Source: Armatimonadia bacterium (lineage in GTDB: Bacteria > Armatimonadota > Zipacnadia > Zipacnadales > UBA11051). From it: a DNA stretch of 64,000 nucleotides. Below the pieces are notes generated by a model. That model was not told the origin of the DNA. It ran no database searches and saw nothing but the letters and a program-made list of their open reading frames with translations. A program made the position numbers and the translations under genes. Shown in pieces: positions 1 through 9,386 of this stretch. Each line of letters starts with the position of its first letter. Position 1 is the first letter of the stretch. Location of the stretch: contig JBDKRC010000323.1 of NCBI GenBank assembly GCA_039683575.1, forward strand, positions 21,920-85,919, in the 5' to 3' direction.

Positions 1-2838
1 TATCTGCAGCGCACGCAGCAGGATACCGATACCTTCCGGTTGGGCCAGTCCTTCTGGCCGGACGAGAGCCTCAAGCCCTCGCTGCCCAATGATCTGGCGA
101 ACAAGTGGACCATCAACCAGATGCCCAAGCCCATGTGGGTTGGGCGCGGCAACGGTTTCACGCTGGACCAGTCGTTTCTCAACGGCAGCTTCCGCAGCGC
201 CCCCGATGCCTCCGGCGACTATGTCCTGCTGGACGGCTACAACGGCGCTTCGCGCAACCCGTACCATACCTATGACATCCTGGAACTGCGCCTGAACGGG
301 CGCACGCTCCTCCAGGGGTATGCCAACCAGGTGCTGACCTCCGCCGATGGGATGGTCTCGCCGATTGTGCCTATGGACGGGGCCTTGCTCTACAGCGACG
401 TACTGGGGACAACAGCGGTGGCCGTGGGCGAGGTGCCTAAGATGCCCTTCGCCTCATGGCGGCGCACTCTCGCCCAGCGCACCGGCAGGTACTGCCTGAT
501 CGCCGACGACCTGAGGTTCGGTACTGATAGCCAGAACATGAAGGTGAGCACCAGTTGGGAACTGCAGGGCGGCGCCTGGAACGCTAAGGAGCGCGCCATA
601 CGCTTCCAGGCCCCCGGTTCCGCAGTGGTGCTGCCCGGCTGGGTCTCCTTCCGCGCTGTCGATATGAAGTGCCGCACCAAGCCGGAATCGCCGGACATGA
701 TGGCGCCCCTGGATTCACTTGGCATAATGATACTGCGCGCCCGTGAAGCCGACTCGCACATCGAGATGCCGTTCAAGGTGACGTCCGAGATCACTGGCGA
801 AGCCTTCGTGGACTTCCTGAACTACACCGACCGCGGGGTTGTGCAGTGCTATCTCGACGGCAAGCCCTTGGGCGAGAAGTATGACAACTATGCCGAGGGC
901 GTCACCGAGGGCCGTGCACCGCTTGGGAAGGTCACGCTTACGCCGGGCGAGCACGTTCTGCGGGTGACGGCGCTTGAGGCGCATCCGGGCAACGACAGGA
1001 TGTTCGTGGGTCTCAAGGGCCTGAGCATCAAGACGTCCCAGGCGATGGCTGAGGGCACCGCGAGCTTCTTTGAACTCCGCCCCTCCGACGTGCAGGAAAC
1101 GACCGGCGGCGGGACGTGCGTAATGAACTGGGTTGGCGGGGTCAAGAAGGACGACCGGCGAGTGGCGTTCTACCTCCTCGGCCAGAACACCGACAAGGCT
1201 CCGGCGCCGTTGGCCTGCCTGCGGATCGCTCCGAACGCGGCGGCTTTGAGCCTGCCGACGCCAGCCGTGGCAGTGGCGGGTGAATACCAGGGGCTCAAGG
1301 GTGAGCTGCTTATTCTGGCGGCTGATCACCTCACAGGCCACAACCTCACCCTCGCCGGCGTCATGGCAGCCGATAAGCCCGTGAATGTGGACTGGGACTT
1401 CGCTGCCGGGGCAATGGACCTGGTCACCACTGCGCCAACCAGGGTCAACTTTGACCTGGAGAAGGCAGACGCCGTGCAGATGGACGGCAAGCCTGTGCAG
1501 TTGCAGAAGGCGGGTCTGATGGCCGCGCTTGACGTGCCTGCCGGGCGCCACACCCTCGCCGGACTGAAGCCGGCCGGGCTTGCGAAGCTGCAGGGCGAGC
1601 TTGCGAACCTGCTGGCGGCTGGCGCCACGCAGCGACAGAAGGACATAGCCGCCGCCTCGGTAGTCCCCGCTGCGCCGCCCGCCTGGGCTGCGACGGGCAC
1701 CGCCAACATCGGCGGCCGCGTCAGCAACCTCATCACCATCAACTCCTCGCAGGGCAAGCTGGTAGCCACTGCGGCAGACAACGTGATCCACCTGCTCACG
1801 CCGACCGGGCAGGCGGTGCGCCGCTTCAACACTGACGGCAAAATCCGTACGCTGTACTGGTGGGACAAGCCCAAGCTCCTGCTCGCGGGGTGCGTGGATG
1901 AGAAGCTGATTGCCTTCGACGAGCAGGGCAACCGTAAGTGGGTCTTCATCTCCGAGATGGACCCGGCGGTCTACGAGGCCGCCAAGACGTACTGGTTCAA
2001 ATCCGCCCCCGGCCATGAGGGCGTCCACGGGCTCTTCGCCGGCCAGTTCCTCGATGGCAAGGAGCAGTGCTTCGTCGGCGGCGCGTGCACGTTGGAGATC
2101 GTTGACGAGAACGGCAAGCTCGTGAAGCGCATGCCTGCCTTCTGGGGCCCGGGGTCGAAGTTCAACCTCATCCCGCGCGCCGACGGCAGCATTGATCTGC
2201 TCTTTGCCAAAGAGCCCACTGACTCGCATTCCATGTACATCCTGAACAACCGCACGATGCAACTGCGCCGCGCCTTCGATGGCGTGCCCTCCGGGCATAC
2301 CTACGTCGGCGGCTGGGCCAATATGAGCCGCGACCACATCTTCCACGCCGACCTGGATGCTGATGGCAAGCAGGAGATCGTCTCGGAGATCAACGGCGCG
2401 TGGAACCGCATCACGGTGTGGAATGAGGACGGGGCCCCGCTCTACAACGCGCAGTTCGGCCCTGGCAACCCCATCCCGTACCGCAACATGCGCGACGTGG
2501 ACCTGGTGGACCTGAATGGCGATGGGAAGATCGAGATCATCACGGCAACCTCGCAGGGCCTCGTGGTGGCTCTCAACGCCCACTGCGAGAAGGTCTGGTC
2601 GACGCGCTTGACCAGCCCCGCGACGGTGTTGAAGACGGTTGCGCAACCCGGCAAGCCCCCTACGATCGTGGTCGCCTGCGAAAACGGCAGCGTCCTGTCG
2701 CTCGACGCTCAGGGCAGCATCCAGAAGGCAGGGCAACTGGGATCAGCCGCGACGAAGATCGAGCTGGTTCAGACGCCCGAGGGGCCGCTCGTGTTACTCG
2801 GCGGCAGCAAGGGTGAGGTGGCGGTCTTCCAGCCGTAG
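1..2838 (+). CDS. Large carbohydrate-associated protein with C-terminal FG-GAP/beta-propeller repeats; 5'-truncated by window edge
   Basis: Frame is open from base 1. DLDADGKQEIV and DLNGDGKIEII are FG-GAP-like motifs; a CBM-like beta-sandwich segment (GKVTLTPGEHVLRV) lies upstream. Confidence 0.6.
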   Translation, partial: YLQRTQQDTDTFRLGQSFWPDESLKPSLPNDLANKWTINQMPKPMWVGRGNGFTLDQSFLNGSFRSAPDASGDYVLLDGYNGASRNPYHTYDILELRLNGRTLLQGYANQVLTSADGMVSPIVPMDGALLYSDVLGTTAVAVGEVPKMPFASWRRTLAQRTGRYCLIADDLRFGTDSQNMKVSTSWELQGGAWNAKERAIRFQAPGSAVVLPGWVSFRAVDMKCRTKPESPDMMAPLDSLGIMILRAREADSHIEMPFKVTSEITGEAFVDFLNYTDRGVVQCYLDGKPLGEKYDNYAEGVTEGRAPLGKVTLTPGEHVLRVTALEAHPGNDRMFVGLKGLSIKTSQAMAEGTASFFELRPSDVQETTGGGTCVMNWVGGVKKDDRRVAFYLLGQNTDKAPAPLACLRIAPNAAALSLPTPAVAVAGEYQGLKGELLILAADHLTGHNLTLAGVMAADKPVNVDWDFAAGAMDLVTTAPTRVNFDLEKADAVQMDGKPVQLQKAGLMAALDVPAGRHTLAGLKPAGLAKLQGELANLLAAGATQRQKDIAAASVVPAAPPAWAATGTANIGGRVSNLITINSSQGKLVATAADNVIHLLTPTGQAVRRFNTDGKIRTLYWWDKPKLLLAGCVDEKLIAFDEQGNRKWVFISEMDPAVYEAAKTYWFKSAPGHEGVHGLFAGQFLDGKEQCFVGGACTLEIVDENGKLVKRMPAFWGPGSKFNLIPRADGSIDLLFAKEPTDSHSMYILNNRTMQLRRAFDGVPSGHTYVGGWANMSRDHIFHADLDADGKQEIVSEINGAWNRITVWNEDGAPLYNAQFGPGNPIPYRNMRDVDLVDLNGDGKIEIITATSQGLVVALNAHCEKVWSTRLTSPATVLKTVAQPGKPPTIVVACENGSVLSLDAQGSIQKAGQLGSAATKIELVQTPEGPLVLLGGSKGEVAVFQP

Positions 2839-2856
2839 CCGTACAGCCCCAAACGC

Positions 2857-2891
2857 AAAAAGCCCGCTCTCACATCGAGAGCGGGCTTTTT
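2857..2891. terminator. Bidirectional intrinsic terminator
   Basis: AAAAAGCCCGCTCTC-ACATC-GAGAGCGGGCTTTTT between convergent genes. Confidence 0.9.
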
Positions 2892-2905
2892 CATTGCTTC
2901 GCTTC

Positions 2906-4447
2906 TTATATTGTGCCGGTCGGCTGCTGCCGCTGCCTGCGCTTGTGCGCCACCACCCGGCATAGCGTGCCGTTGAGGTCCTTGATGGTCACCGGCTTGG
3001 CGAGTACTGCATCGGTCCGGCCGTCATCATTGCCGCCGACCTTCTCGCCCCACCCGGTAAGCAGCACCACTGCTGCCTGCGGCTGAAGCTTGCGGGCCAG
3101 ATAGGCCACTTCCCACCCGTCCACATCCGGCATCACGAGGTCCAGCACCAGCGCATCATAGCCATCCTGGTAGCGAATGAGACTCATGGCCTGCCGCCCG
3201 TCCACGGCCTGGCTCACGCGGTGCCCCAGGCTCTCCAGCGACAGCGCCACCGTCTCTCGCACCCCCGGCTCATCGTCTACGACCAGCACATTCAGGTTGC
3301 GCAGCAACTCCGGCACATCATCCGGCTTGTGCCGTAGTTCCCGCCTGACGGCCTTGAGGTTCGCCAGCGGCAGCGTGAGGCTTACTTCCGTGCCGGTGCC
3401 CGGCCGACTGCTCAGCGACAACCTGCCGCCAGAGCGGGTGACGATACCATGCACGACACTCAGCCCGAGGCCAAGATGCCCGGCCGCCTTGGTGCTGAAG
3501 AAAGGTTCGCAGGCCTGCCCGAGAGCCTGCTCCGTCATCCCCTGGCCGGTATCGCTGATTCGTATGATGGCTTCTTTGCGCTCGCACGCTACCGAGACGC
3601 AGACTTCGCCGCCCTCCGGCATTGCTTCACGGGCATTGTTGAGCAGGTGGCTGATGATGTCGCGGATATCCGGTGCGCTGGCCAGGACGTGCAAGTCCTC
3701 GGCCGCCTCGATCCTGAGATGCAGCGGGGTTCGTGATCCTGAAGCCGCCTCGGCGTCCGCCCAGCGAGCCTCGGCCGCAGTGCGCACCAACTGCCCCAAA
3801 TCCACGAGGTCCTGATCCGGGCTGGGCCGCGAGCCGCTGAAATCCTCGAGTTGCTGGAGAATGCGCGCCCCCTCGCCGGCCTTCTCATAGATAATCTGCA
3901 CGCATTCATTGCAGGCGGCGTTGTCACAGTCGGCGCGCGTCATCTCAGCCCGCAACAGGATCGTCGCCAGGAGGTTGTTGAAATCATGCGCGAAGGAACG
4001 GACGAGTTGCCCCTGAGCGTGCAACCTCTCCTTGCGCACCAGCCGTTCCTGCTCCTGGCGGGCGGCTGCTGCCTGCGAGCGCGCGGTCTTAAGCTGCAGG
4101 GCAGCAAGCGCCAGCCGGGCCACCAGGGCAAGCTGCTCCGCCATGCCGGCCGGGCCCTCCCCGTTGTCCGGGCACACTGCCACGGCGCGTGACGCTCCCC
4201 GCTGACGGTAGGCGAGCGCCCAGGCAGGCCCGTCAGGCGTGTTCACCTGCATGGGGTTTTCAGTCCGAACCTCCGCCGTTGCCTGTTCCCATTCAGTCAG
4301 GACCTCCGGCGAAAGGCGCCGCAACGAGAGTTCCTGGGTATTCCATTCATACAAGGCCCGTTCACTGCCGCTTGAGGTGTATGCGAGGCAGTGCCGGGCG
4401 CTTGCTTCAGGGCCCCCCGATTCGGTCCGCTCCTCGGTGTTTGCCAT
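2906..4447 (-). CDS. Hybrid sensor histidine kinase/response regulator
   Basis: H-box FAHDFNNLL, N-box LLNNAREAM, DTGQGM, GLGLGLS, C-terminal receiver VLVVDDE...LDLVMP. Start moved to the ATG at 4447 after AAGGA. Confidence 0.9.
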   Translation of the reverse strand: MANTEERTESGGPEASARHCLAYTSSGSERALYEWNTQELSLRRLSPEVLTEWEQATAEVRTENPMQVNTPDGPAWALAYRQRGASRAVAVCPDNGEGPAGMAEQLALVARLALAALQLKTARSQAAAARQEQERLVRKERLHAQGQLVRSFAHDFNNLLATILLRAEMTRADCDNAACNECVQIIYEKAGEGARILQQLEDFSGSRPSPDQDLVDLGQLVRTAAEARWADAEAASGSRTPLHLRIEAAEDLHVLASAPDIRDIISHLLNNAREAMPEGGEVCVSVACERKEAIIRISDTGQGMTEQALGQACEPFFSTKAAGHLGLGLSVVHGIVTRSGGRLSLSSRPGTGTEVSLTLPLANLKAVRRELRHKPDDVPELLRNLNVLVVDDEPGVRETVALSLESLGHRVSQAVDGRQAMSLIRYQDGYDALVLDLVMPDVDGWEVAYLARKLQPQAAVVLLTGWGEKVGGNDDGRTDAVLAKPVTIKDLNGTLCRVVAHKRRQRQQPTGTI

Positions 4448-4712
4448 CTCACAATCCTTGTCGCGCCCGGACGCAGACACATACGACTGCGTCAAGTCCA
4501 CGCGTTTCGGCAGCCCCCAGGATGGCGCCGGTCTCACGTCATATGCAATATAGGCCCAGGCTATCAAATGGATGGCAACGGGGACTCAAGATGGACGCAA
4601 GAAGGGCAGGATGAGAGGAAAGAAAGGGGACAAGACTGATCAAGTTCTACGCAAATCACACATGATGCTGCAATGACCGTCCATGGCGACGGCGGCCCGC
4701 GTTTCAGGGCAT

Positions 4713-5243
4713 CTACGCCTCGATAAGCTGTGGTGCGAAAGGCTCCAGATAGTCGCGCCAGTGCGGGTTCTTGGCCGCTGCCGCAAAGGTCGCAAATGAC
4801 AGGTAGGGGATGAAACGCGGACGGCGCGGCTTGCGCAGCAGCGCCATGTCGGCCTCCCGCAGCGTCTTACTCCCCTTCTTGTTGTTGCACTTCATGCAGC
4901 AGGCCACGAGGTTGTCCCAGGAGGCGGGCCCACCCTTCTGCCGGGGAATGACATGGTCAATGGTGAGGTCGCGCGAGCTATGCCCGCAGTACTGGCAGGT
5001 ATGACCGTCCCGCGCCAGGACGGCCCGGCGCGAGAGCTTCAGCTCGGGCAGGGGCCGGCGGATGGGGTTGGCCAGACGGACCACCGTGGGAAGAAGCAGC
5101 TCCGTGTTTGGCCCATGTACCACCTGCGTATCATGCTCAAGTGCAATCGCCTTGCCCAGGCAAAGCAAGGAGACGGCGCGCCGCCAACTGCAGACATTCA
5201 GCGGCTCGTAATTCTGATTCAGCACAAGTACCTGATTGTTCAT
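4713..5243 (-). CDS. HNH endonuclease, 176 aa, with PLMP-like N-terminus (IshB-like)
   Basis: RDGHTCQYCG...TIDHVIPRQKGG...WDNLVACCMKCNNKKG is an HNH/zinc-finger motif; N-terminus VLVLNQNYEPLNVCSWRRAVSLLCLGKA. Confidence 0.9.
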   Translation of the reverse strand: MNNQVLVLNQNYEPLNVCSWRRAVSLLCLGKAIALEHDTQVVHGPNTELLLPTVVRLANPIRRPLPELKLSRRAVLARDGHTCQYCGHSSRDLTIDHVIPRQKGGPASWDNLVACCMKCNNKKGSKTLREADMALLRKPRRPRFIPYLSFATFAAAAKNPHWRDYLEPFAPQLIEA

Positions 5244-5287
5244 GCGACATACACCGTAGAAGAAGGCTTCGGATCATCTACCTCAGG

Positions 5288-5325
5288 AAAAAGAAGAACC
5301 CGCAGACCTCGAGGGTTGCGGGTTC
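5288..5325 (-). terminator. Intrinsic terminator in the 5' leader of the HNH gene (putative attenuator)
   Basis: Minus strand GAACCCGCA-ACCCTCGAGGTC-TGCGGGTTC followed by TTCTTTTT, ~45 nt upstream of the HNH start. Confidence 0.75.
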
Positions 5326-5443
5326 AGAAACACGTTCGCAGGCACAGACAGGACTCGTAAAGCCCGTGTATCCGGAAACAGGCAGTCCTGTTGAACAGGG
5401 CCTGCCGATGCCATAGTTGTTGCTTGCCGAGACGCAGTAACAT
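5324..5443 (-). CDS. Putative 39-aa leader peptide (uORF)
   Basis: AGGAAG SD, then GTG ATG, encoding MLLRLGKQQLWHRQALFNRTACFRIHGLYESCLCLRTCF; its TGA overlaps the 5' arm of the terminator. Confidence 0.45.
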   Translation of the reverse strand: MLLRLGKQQLWHRQALFNRTACFRIHGLYESCLCLRTCF

Positions 5444-5511
5444 CACGTCTTCCTTTTTGGCAGGGAAGTCAGCGAGGCCGGCGCCATCGCAGCGGCACCG
5501 TGCCCGGCATA

Positions 5512-5541
5512 ATAATACCAAAAACGGCCTGTTCTTGTCAA
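5512..5541 (-). promoter_or_regulatory. Sigma70-type promoter for the HNH leader
   Basis: TTGACA-18 nt-TATTAT with a TG extended -10. Confidence 0.7.
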
Positions 5542-5682
5542 AGAGGAGCATGGGCTGGACCGCCCGTATCACCATGCAGGTACACCGCCATCAGCGTCGA
5601 AGCTGTGTGCGGTTCCTGAACCCTACGGGATCTCCCCCCGAACCTCGGGTTGACCAACTTGAAGCGAAGGAAGTGACAGTTC

Positions 5683-7074
5683 ATGTCAGACCTTGTTGCC
5701 GGGTTAGCCGCCGCCGACATCACGCCTCCCCTCGGCGTTGCCATGGCCGGGTACGGTGCGCGCGACAAGCCCGCTGAGAGCCTTGTGGACCCACTGCAGG
5801 CGCAGGCGTTGGTGCTTGGCTCCGGTGACCGCTATGCTGCAATAGTCTGCACCGATCTCATTGGGCTGCACCCGGATGTATATGTGCCGGTACGCGAACA
5901 GGCTGCGACCCTGTGTGGAATTGACCCCCATGCCATCATGGTCTGCTGCAGTCATACCCACTGGGGCCCGATCGTCAGTGGTGGGCGGTACATGCCCCAG
6001 TACCTGCTCGATACCATCTCGGAGGAGTACCGCCTGACGCTCATCAAGACGCTCGCGGGCCTGGTAGTGGAGGCGAAGGCCAAGGCCGTCCCCGTCACCG
6101 CAGGCTACGGGGCAGGCTTTGCCGACCGCATTACCTTCAACCGCCGCAACGTCGGGGATGACTTCAAGACCGAGATGCACCTGGTGCTTGATCCGCCTGC
6201 CGCCCACGCCGCCTCGGCGGAGGGAAACCGCCTCGCACGGGCGTGGCAGCGCGGCGAGCACAAGGGCCCGCGACTGAGCGGCCCGCTGCCGGAAGTCAGC
6301 GGCAAGCGTGTCGGGCCGGCCGACGCCGAAGTCACCGTTCTGCGGCTGCAGAAGACCTCCGGCGAGCCCTTTGCCGGCCTTGTCAACTTCGCCTGTCACG
6401 CCGTGTGCGGTGGCGGCGACTTCTACGGCTTCTCGGCTGACTTCCCCGGCTACGCCCGGAGTGTATTTGCGGACTTAATTGGCGCGCCGATGCTCTTTGC
6501 GGCGGGTGCCTCGGGCGATCAGGTCCCGCGTTGGCGCCAGAATGACGCCCGCCAGCGCGTGGGCAAGTCGATGGGCGCCGAGGCTGCCCGCGTGTGGCTG
6601 CAGACGGATGAGCAGCGCGCCGACCTGCCGCTGGCAACGGCCTATGAAGTCGTCAACCTGCCTCTGAGCGACAAGATCATCCCGGCAGAGCAGGCTCGCG
6701 CGAATCTCGCCGCCAAGCCCAATCCAGAGGGCACCGACGCTGTATACGAACGCTGCATGGTGGAACTCGCCGAAGAGACCGAGGGGTTGACCGAAGGCTA
6801 TCCGGCCGAGGTCTGGGCCATGGCGGTTGGTGATCTCGGCATTGTAGGTGTGCCCGGTGAGGTGCTTACGGAGATAGGCCTGCAGATCAAGCAGCGCTCG
6901 CCCTTCGCGCATACCATGGTTGTCAGCCTCGCCAACGGCTGCATCGGGTACCTGCCCACCGATGATGCTGTAGACGAAGGTGGCTACGAGCCCGGCTGGA
7001 CTCCGGTCGGCCAGGGCACCGAGAAGATGCTCGTGCAGACCAGCGTATCGCTCCTCCAGCAGCTCCACGGCTAG
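5683..7074 (+). CDS. Neutral/alkaline ceramidase-like hydrolase
   Basis: ADITPPLGVAMAGYGAR, SHTHWGP, NFACHA, GVPGE, GYLPT...GGYE motifs. Confidence 0.75.
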   Translation: MSDLVAGLAAADITPPLGVAMAGYGARDKPAESLVDPLQAQALVLGSGDRYAAIVCTDLIGLHPDVYVPVREQAATLCGIDPHAIMVCCSHTHWGPIVSGGRYMPQYLLDTISEEYRLTLIKTLAGLVVEAKAKAVPVTAGYGAGFADRITFNRRNVGDDFKTEMHLVLDPPAAHAASAEGNRLARAWQRGEHKGPRLSGPLPEVSGKRVGPADAEVTVLRLQKTSGEPFAGLVNFACHAVCGGGDFYGFSADFPGYARSVFADLIGAPMLFAAGASGDQVPRWRQNDARQRVGKSMGAEAARVWLQTDEQRADLPLATAYEVVNLPLSDKIIPAEQARANLAAKPNPEGTDAVYERCMVELAEETEGLTEGYPAEVWAMAVGDLGIVGVPGEVLTEIGLQIKQRSPFAHTMVVSLANGCIGYLPTDDAVDEGGYEPGWTPVGQGTEKMLVQTSVSLLQQLHG

Positions 7075-7315
7075 TCCGTACGGGGGCCGGGTTCGCCAGC
7101 AGCGCGGATCCGGCCCCTGCCCCTTCTTCCTCTTCCCTCAAGCTCTGCCAAAAAGCCCCCCATTATCAGGTCTGCCCTGATTGGAATGGATGCGCCGCGA
7201 CCGTAGACTGCTATACACAGGGCCACCGCAGGACTGGGGGTACCGGTGGCGCACAGCAGGCCATACTGAGGCAGGGCAGCCAGGCGATGGCTGGCCAGGT
7301 GGAGGAGGAAAGAGT

Positions 7316-7810
7316 ATGGATAGCGATGTGCGGGGGTCGGAGGAAGCGCGAAGCGAAGGGGCACGAGCTGAGCAGGCGAGATCGGAAAAGCGGACGGACG
7401 AGAACTGGGAGGAAACCCGGCGCCTGGAAGGGTCCCGAGATCGAGATGAGGTCTACGCGCATCGCGTAACGTACGACCCGGGTCCCAGTGGCACCGCAGT
7501 CGCGGGCCTGATCATCGGCCTCATTGCCCTCGCAGTTGCCATGTATGCGGCCTTTGCCCCTCGTGAGACGGTGCGAGAGGGATCACAGGCGGTCACCACT
7601 GCCTGGGAGCAGACAGTCGACGCTGAACGGTCGAAGCCGCAACCCGCTGCCCAGTCAGCGCGACAGGAGCGGGGCGTGTCGGCCTCCGAGATCCACACGG
7701 TGGTGGCCAGCGAGGTGCAGAAGGAAGTGGCCTCGATGAAGGCTGAGCTGGTGAAGCTGCGCAGTGACATCGCCAGAGGCGATCAAACTAAGCCAGCGTC
7801 ACAGAAATAG
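7316..7810 (+). CDS. Hypothetical single-TM membrane protein
   Basis: GGAGGAGG SD before ATG 7316; TM AVAGLIIGLIALAVAMYAAF; coiled-coil-like C-terminus. Confidence 0.65.
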   Translation: MDSDVRGSEEARSEGARAEQARSEKRTDENWEETRRLEGSRDRDEVYAHRVTYDPGPSGTAVAGLIIGLIALAVAMYAAFAPRETVREGSQAVTTAWEQTVDAERSKPQPAAQSARQERGVSASEIHTVVASEVQKEVASMKAELVKLRSDIARGDQTKPASQK

Positions 7811-7840
7811 CACCGGGCGAGTTGGGGAACGGAGAGTACG

Positions 7841-8113
7841 ATGACAACGCCGACGCTCGAGGCACAGGTCACAATCAGCCACGACAAGATCCGCGAGTGG
7901 ACTGAGGCTCGTCAGGGCAAGCCCGCACGTGTCAAGGGCACCGGCGACGGCAACGGCGGGATAGTGCGCATCGACTTTGAGGATGTCCACGAAGAGCATC
8001 TCGAACCAATCTCATGGGAAGAGTTCTTTGAGAAGTTCGAGGCGGAGAACCTTGCCTTCCTCTATCAGGATGGCGCGCAGAGCCGCTTTAACAGAATGAT
8101 CAACCGCGACTAG
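7841..8113 (+). CDS. Conserved small hypothetical protein
   Basis: HDKIREWTEARQGKPARV...RIDF...ISWEEFFEKFE..LAFLYQ pattern; in operon with stress genes. Confidence 0.75.
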   Translation: MTTPTLEAQVTISHDKIREWTEARQGKPARVKGTGDGNGGIVRIDFEDVHEEHLEPISWEEFFEKFEAENLAFLYQDGAQSRFNRMINRD

Positions 8114-8140
8114 TACCTGAAACGGCGAAAGGCGAGATAG

Positions 8141-8644
8141 ATGCCGCTCAACAGCATGCGCGATCTGATCAAGCAAGAGCTGGAGGAGCTATACGGCGCT
8201 GAGGAACAGGTCACGGAGGCCCTGCCGAGGATGGCGCGTGCCGCGTACTCTGAAGATCTCAAGTCCGATCTCGAAGAGCATCTCGAGATAACTCGACAGC
8301 AAATGCAACGCCTGGAGCAGATCTTTCGGATTTTGGAACTGGAGCCCACTGGCAAACCATCCGCCGGCATCGCGGGTCTCCTGAGCGAGAGCAACGAAAT
8401 CATGAACTCACAGGGCGACCCCGACGTCAAGGATGCCGCCCTTATAGGCGCCGCGCAGAAGATTGAGCATTACGAGATGGCCACTTACGGCACCCTCAGG
8501 TCGCACGCTCTTGAAACAGGATACGACGAAGCTGCGGAGTTGCTGCAGGAGAGCCTGGACGAAGAGGCCGAGACCGACGAACTGCTGACGGAGATCGCGG
8601 AAAACGACATCAACGTTCGGGCCGCCGAGAGTACCTTGGTCTAA
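8141..8644 (+). CDS. YciE/YciF ferritin-like protein (DUF892)
   Basis: LEELYGAEEQ...HLEITRQQMQRLEQIF...DAALIGAAQKIEHYEMATYGTL. Confidence 0.9.
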   Translation: MPLNSMRDLIKQELEELYGAEEQVTEALPRMARAAYSEDLKSDLEEHLEITRQQMQRLEQIFRILELEPTGKPSAGIAGLLSESNEIMNSQGDPDVKDAALIGAAQKIEHYEMATYGTLRSHALETGYDEAAELLQESLDEEAETDELLTEIAENDINVRAAESTLV

Positions 8645-8675
8645 CGGGCGCGCAACGCCAGAAAGGAGCACGAGC

Positions 8676-9134
8676 ATGGGAACCAGGACACATGACGAGA
8701 CCATAGTGGACGCCCTGACCAAACTCGCGCGGGCCAACCGGGACAGCGAAGAGGGCTATACCACGGCGGCTGAGGCTGTCAGGGAGTCCGATGCCGACTT
8801 GCACACGCTGTTCCACAGATATGCTCAGCAGCGGGCGCATTTTGCCGGCGAGCTGGAGCAGGAGATACATACCTACGGAGGCGAGTATCCCGTTGAGGGG
8901 AGCATCAGCGGGACGCTTCGGAAGGGTTGGCTGAACCTCCGTTCAGCGATCAGCGGGCACGACTCGCATGCCATCGTCGCCGAGTGCCTCAAGGCCGAAA
9001 ACGCTACCCTGGAGGGCTACGAGGAGGCGCTGCGTCAAGACCTGCCCGAATATCTCAAAGAGATGATTCGCGAGCAGCATGACGACCTCCTGGAGACCCG
9101 CCAGCGGCTGCAGGCCATCAAGCAGGCGACCTGA
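8676..9134 (+). CDS. PA2169-family four-helix-bundle protein (DUF2383)
   Basis: LARANRDSEEGY...GSISGTLRKGWLNLRSAI...AECLKAE...YEEAL. Confidence 0.85.
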   Translation: MGTRTHDETIVDALTKLARANRDSEEGYTTAAEAVRESDADLHTLFHRYAQQRAHFAGELEQEIHTYGGEYPVEGSISGTLRKGWLNLRSAISGHDSHAIVAECLKAENATLEGYEEALRQDLPEYLKEMIREQHDDLLETRQRLQAIKQAT

Positions 9135-9212
9135 GGATCCGGATAGTCTCGCAGTCCCCGGCAGTTCGCGTTGCGACTGCACATCCCGATAGACAAAAGG
9201 AGTGACAACCCT

Positions 9213-9386
9213 ATGCTCAACTGGGCCATCGTGTTCCTGATTGTGGCCATTATCGCCGGCATCCTGGGCTTCTCAGGCATCGCCGGAACCGCCTCCACCA
9301 TTGCGTGGGTGCTGTTCGTGGCCTTCCTGATCCTGTTCGTGATCTCGCTGATCGCGGGCCGGGGACGGACAACTACCGCAGTTTGA
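9213..9386 (+). CDS. DUF1328 (YtjA-like) small membrane protein
   Basis: [54 protein letters not shown]. Confidence 0.9.
   Translation: MLNWAIVFLIVAIIAGILGFSGIAGTASTIAWVLFVAFLILFVISLIAGRGRTTTAV

Noticed and set aside
715-2736. Long antisense ORFs (also 37183-38913, 47722-48861, 61534-62919 and others)
   Set aside because: Shadow frames of motif-bearing genes, expected in GC-rich DNA
4627-4639. GGGACAAGACTG shared with about 57250
   Set aside because: A single 12-nt match in purine-rich DNA; too weak to call a site
4568-4712. tRNA array next to the HNH gene
   Set aside because: No cloverleaf or T-loop signature found on either strand
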